From assembly GCA_963745075.1 (NCBI GenBank), contig CAVUWV010000031.1, positions 64,001-128,000 of the forward strand: a DNA stretch of 64,000 bases. The letters run 5' to 3'. A program made the translations under genes and the position numbers. The notes under the pieces are model-generated. The model made no database searches, had not been told where the DNA came from, and saw nothing but the letters and a program-made list of their open reading frames with translations. Shown one piece after another: positions 60,466 through 64,000 of the stretch (position 1 is its first letter; every line of letters starts with the position of its first letter). The stretch comes from Candidatus Hydrogenedentota bacterium. Lineage in GTDB: Bacteria; Hydrogenedentota; Hydrogenedentia; Hydrogenedentales; SLHB01.

Positions 60466-61808
60466 GACTCGGGAGGGCTCTCCTCGGCGATGCAGACATA
60501 ATCGGACGGATCGGACCGACCAGTCGGATCGGTCGGACTCTCAGGGCGGGCCTTGAGCGCACTCTTCCCTGCAACGCTCTTTCCCGCTAATTTACGATAG
60601 GTTTCCAGCGCGGCGGGAAAGGGTTCGAGGGCGCGTTCGAAGATGCCCAGGCTGTATGCGATGGTCAGCCCGTAGTTGGTGATGGGGACACCCGCCTGAC
60701 GGCAGCGCAGAATGCGGCTGAGCATTTCCCGGCGGTTGGTGGTGCACGCGCCGCAATGGACGACCAGCTTGTACTCGGGCAGGTTTTCGGGGAAATCGTG
60801 TCCCTGAACCGTGTCGAAGTGGAGCTTGCCGCCGACGTATTGGGTCAGCCAACGGGGAATCTTGACGCGGCCGATATCTTCGGCGATGGGATGATGGCTG
60901 CACGCTTCGGCGACGAGGATGCGGTCGCCTGATTTCAGCGAGTCAATCGCCATGGTGCCGGTGACTTGGGTAATCAGGTCTCCATGGAATCGGGCGAACA
61001 GAATGGAGAAGCTGGTCAACGGGATGTCGCGTGGCGTGTCGGCGGCGACTTTCAGGAAAGCTTGCGAATCGGTGACCACGAGCTTGGGCGGGGTTTTCAA
61101 CCGGTCCAGCGCGGTGCGCAGTTCGCGTTCTTTTACCACCATGCAGAAGGCGTCCGAATCGAGCAGATCGCGGATGGACTGAACCTGCGGCATGATAAGC
61201 CGGCCCTTGGGCGCTTCCTTGTCGATCGGCACCACGAGAACCGCCATTTCGCCGGGACCGACGAGGTCGCCGAGGATGGCGGGGTTGTTCACGAAATCCT
61301 CGGGGGCGTTTTCGAGCAGGGCCTCGCGAAAATCGAGAATGCCGGTTCCCTTGGACGCTGCCGTTGCCACGTAGGACACATCCTTTGCGTCGAGCGCGGC
61401 CAACACGGCGGGGTCGGGTTGGGCCAGGTCGGCCTTGTTGAAGACGACCACGACGGGGATCTCGCGCAACGTCAGCGCGCTGAGGATTTCCGATTCGAAT
61501 TCCCCCCACTCCCCGGCTTCGGCGACGAGGACGCCCAAATCGGTGCGTTCGAACACCTGCTGCGTTCGTTGGACGCGCAAGCTGCCCAGGGCACCCACGT
61601 CATCGATGCCGGCGGTGTCGATGAAGAGCACCGGCCCTAGGGGCAACAGTTCCATGGGTTTCTCGACGGGGTCCGTGGTCGTGCCGGCCTGGTCGGACAC
61701 GATCGCGGTCTGTTGCCGCGTGATGGCATTCAACAAACTTGACTTGCCCACGTTGCGGCGTCCGAACAAGCCGATGTGCAGACGAAACGATTTTGGGGCG
61801 GATTGCAT
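60462..61808 (-). CDS. hydF: [FeFe]-hydrogenase maturation GTPase HydF
   Basis: GRRNVGKSS; GTTTDPV.K.MEL; APKGRLI.PQ; TDSQ; ACSHH; HCGAC; TNYG. Confidence 0.96.
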   Translation of the reverse strand: MQSAPKSFRLHIGLFGRRNVGKSSLLNAITRQQTAIVSDQAGTTTDPVEKPMELLPLGPVLFIDTAGIDDVGALGSLRVQRTQQVFERTDLGVLVAEAGEWGEFESEILSALTLREIPVVVVFNKADLAQPDPAVLAALDAKDVSYVATAASKGTGILDFREALLENAPEDFVNNPAILGDLVGPGEMAVLVVPIDKEAPKGRLIMPQVQSIRDLLDSDAFCMVVKERELRTALDRLKTPPKLVVTDSQAFLKVAADTPRDIPLTSFSILFARFHGDLITQVTGTMAIDSLKSGDRILVAEACSHHPIAEDIGRVKIPRWLTQYVGGKLHFDTVQGHDFPENLPEYKLVVHCGACTTNRREMLSRILRCRQAGVPITNYGLTIAYSLGIFERALEPFPAALETYRKLAGKSVAGKSALKARPESPTDPTGRSDPSDYVCIAEESPPES

Positions 61809-61815
61809 AGGGAAC

Positions 61816-63239
61816 TTACGACTCCTTCGGTGGATCGGGCGTGCCGAGCCGGCAAACGGCTTCCGGGGAAATCAGCTCGTCGAATTGCTCCGCGGTCAGG
61901 ATGTTGTCGCCGAGAACGATTTCCCGAATCGACTCTCCCGTGACCTTGGCCCGGGCCGCGATTTCACAGGCGTGTTCATAGCCGATGACGGGTAGCAAAG
62001 CCGTTGCCGCGGCCGTGGACGATTCAACATGCGTGCGGCACCGGGCTTCGTCCGCTTCGATGCCCTCAACGCAGTGGCGCCGGAGGATGTCGCAACTCCG
62101 CTCCAGGAGGTCGCAACTGTCCAGAAGGCAAACCGCCACGAGGGGCAGGAAGGGATTTAGTTCGAGGCTGCCCTGGGAACAGGCGTAGGCGAGGGTCGCG
62201 TCGTGCCCCAACACCATCATGGCAGCTTGGCTGACGGCTTCAGGGATTACCGGGTTGACTTTCCCCGGCATGATGGAGGATCCGGGCTGGCGTTCCGGTA
62301 GGCGAATTTCGCCGAACCCGGCGTCGGGCCCGGAAGACAAGAGCCGCAGATCGCCGCAGGTTTTCAATAGGGACACGGCGCAGGCTTTGAGAATTCCGGA
62401 AACTTCCACAAAGACATCAGCGTTTTGGGTCGCGTCGATCAAATTCTCCGCACGTGCGAACCCGATGCCGGTCAATTCGCGCAACGTATCGACTACGCGG
62501 AAGATATATTGCCGGGGCGCGGCGATACCGGTCCCGATGGCGGTGCCGCCGAGATTCACGACGCGCAGACCGTTCCTCGCATTTGTAGATGCGCCATCGG
62601 TCGCGGTTGAAGGCTTCGGCGTAGGCCCCCATTTCGCGTCCCAGCGTGGTCAGGACGGCGTCCTGCATTTCGGTTCGCCCCACCTTGACCACATGGGCGA
62701 ATTCCTTTTCCTTGACTTGAAATGCTTCCTGGAGGGCAACGATTTTGTCTTCCAGCCGTTTCAATAACCGGATCGCCGCCAACTTCAATGCGGTCGGAAG
62801 GTGTCGTTGGTGGACTGGTGGCGGTTGATATCGTCAGCCGGAGAGACCCGGTCATAGGCGCCGTGCCGTTCGCCGCAATACTTCGAGCGCACGGTTGGCG
62901 ATGACTTCGTTGACGTTGATATTCGTGCTGGTGCCGGCGCCGCCCTGGAGTCTATCGACGATAACGTGGATCGTGAGAAGACCGTGGGCCATATCACGGC
63001 ACGCTTGGAAGTATGGCTTCGGCTTTGGGGCGATCGTCAGTCCAGACGCCGAGGGCATCGTTCGTCATGGCACAGGCCAGCTTGACCGCGCCATAGGCCC
63101 GCACGAGTTCCGGGTGCACGGGGTGTCCCGTCAAGGGGAAATTTTCGCCCGCCCGGTCGGCGTGAATACCGTAGAGCGCATCTTCGGGTAGATGACGAGC
63201 GCCCAGGGCGTCGTGTTCTGTTCGGTGTTTGTTTTTCAT
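61816..63239 (-). pseudogene. aspA: Aspartate ammonia-lyase with four frameshifts (near 63008, 62876, 62797, 62570); real decay or sequencing error
   Basis: YGIH..RA.ENF; QGGAGTSTN.N.NEV; QSTNDT; K.GRT..QDA; GGTA.GTG; GSSIMPGKVNP, spread over five frame segments. Confidence 0.8.
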
Positions 63240-63320
63240 CGCGGCCGGATTGGGTGACACGTTCACGGCGGACCCCGAGCGGGGAATTGCCGCGGCAGCG
63301 CCGTGCGTTCGGGTTGTCCT

Positions 63321-63584
63321 TTACCGTTGGTGCTCGAAGATCATCTGCTGGACTTCGATCCCCGTCACAGCCTTGAGTGTATCACGGAGTTCGTCGCAGA
63401 TGGATTCATCCCCGAACAGTTCGAGCACGATGAGCCCATTGGGCGCGCAGTAGTCATTGTCGACTTCGTGGAGGCCGATCCGGGTCTTGATGTTACACCC
63501 GTACTTGGTCAGGACGTCCTGCACCGCGCTGGCCTTTTCGATGCGGTCGGTGACGTGTACGCCCAAAATGTAGTGCTTGTCCAT
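63321..63584 (-). CDS. TM1266-like ACT-fold protein of iron-only hydrogenase systems
   Basis: R...A..VQ.VLT.YG..I.TRIGLHE; located inside the hyd operon. Confidence 0.75.
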   Translation of the reverse strand: MDKHYILGVHVTDRIEKASAVQDVLTKYGCNIKTRIGLHEVDNDYCAPNGLIVLELFGDESICDELRDTLKAVTGIEVQQMIFEHQR

Positions 63585-63607
63585 AACGGATCCTCCCGTA
63601 CCCTGGT

Positions 63608-64000
63608 TTAGACGAATACGTCGCGCTCGCCGTCACGGACGCGGTCCATCAGGATCTGCGAAACGTTGCGGCGATGTTCGGCAAAGCCCTCCAACGTCTT
63701 TTTGATGCATTCCTCGCCGATGGCCTTGGTATATGGCGACCCGTAGTCTTCGAGATACTCAACGAAGGTGCTCAGCGCGTTTACGTCGCAGTGGTCCTTG
63801 ATCTTGCCCGGCTTGGCGAGGTCCATGAAGTCTTGCCCGGTGCGTCCGAGCCGGTAGCAAGCCGTGCAAAACGATGGGATATACCCTAACGACGCGATAT
63901 CCCGAATCACTTCGTCGACGGTACGATGGTCGCCCAAGGAGAATTGGCTGCCGTCATATTCCTCATCTTCCGCGTACCCGCCGGGGTTCGTGCGGCTACC
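63608..64000 (-). CDS. hydG: [FeFe]-hydrogenase maturase HydG, C-terminal part (start outside the window)
   Basis: GSRTNPGGY; QF..GDHR; PSFCTACYR.GRTG..FM; C..NAL.T..EYL.DY. Confidence 0.93.
   Translation of the reverse strand, partial: GSRTNPGGYAEDEEYDGSQFSLGDHRTVDEVIRDIASLGYIPSFCTACYRLGRTGQDFMDLAKPGKIKDHCDVNALSTFVEYLEDYGSPYTKAIGEECIKKTLEGFAEHRRNVSQILMDRVRDGERDVFV

Overview
GC-rich bacterial chromosomal window with about 55 genes. The gene content suggests an anaerobic, sugar-scavenging diderm bacterium, possibly Hydrogenedentota or a PVC-like lineage (inference only). Contents: an HCF101-like ApbC, an ECF sigma/anti-sigma pair, corA, a DUF2089 operon, a sugar isomerase/oxidoreductase cluster, a PVC-type heme protein, a tsaB-rimI-GH116-coaE operon, tRNA-His, a long run of secreted carbohydrate-type enzymes, an aldolase/SorE-like/srlD cluster, and the [FeFe]-hydrogenase maturation operon (hydG-TM1266-aspA-hydF-hydE) followed by rex. 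No CRISPR array, rRNA, integrase or transposase was seen. Most notable: (1) a GxxExxY nuclease gene inserted in a sugar operon and bracketed by 27/28-bp inverted repeats that overlap its own start and stop codons, with several unrelated gene-less inverted-repeat elements elsewhere; (2) a tRNA-His with G1:U72 and A73 instead of the usual bacterial C73; (3) an apparently catalytically dead secreted SNase-fold protein. About 12 single-base frameshifts, several in homopolymers, probably reflect sequencing error. All family calls come from motif recognition by eye; no database searches were run.
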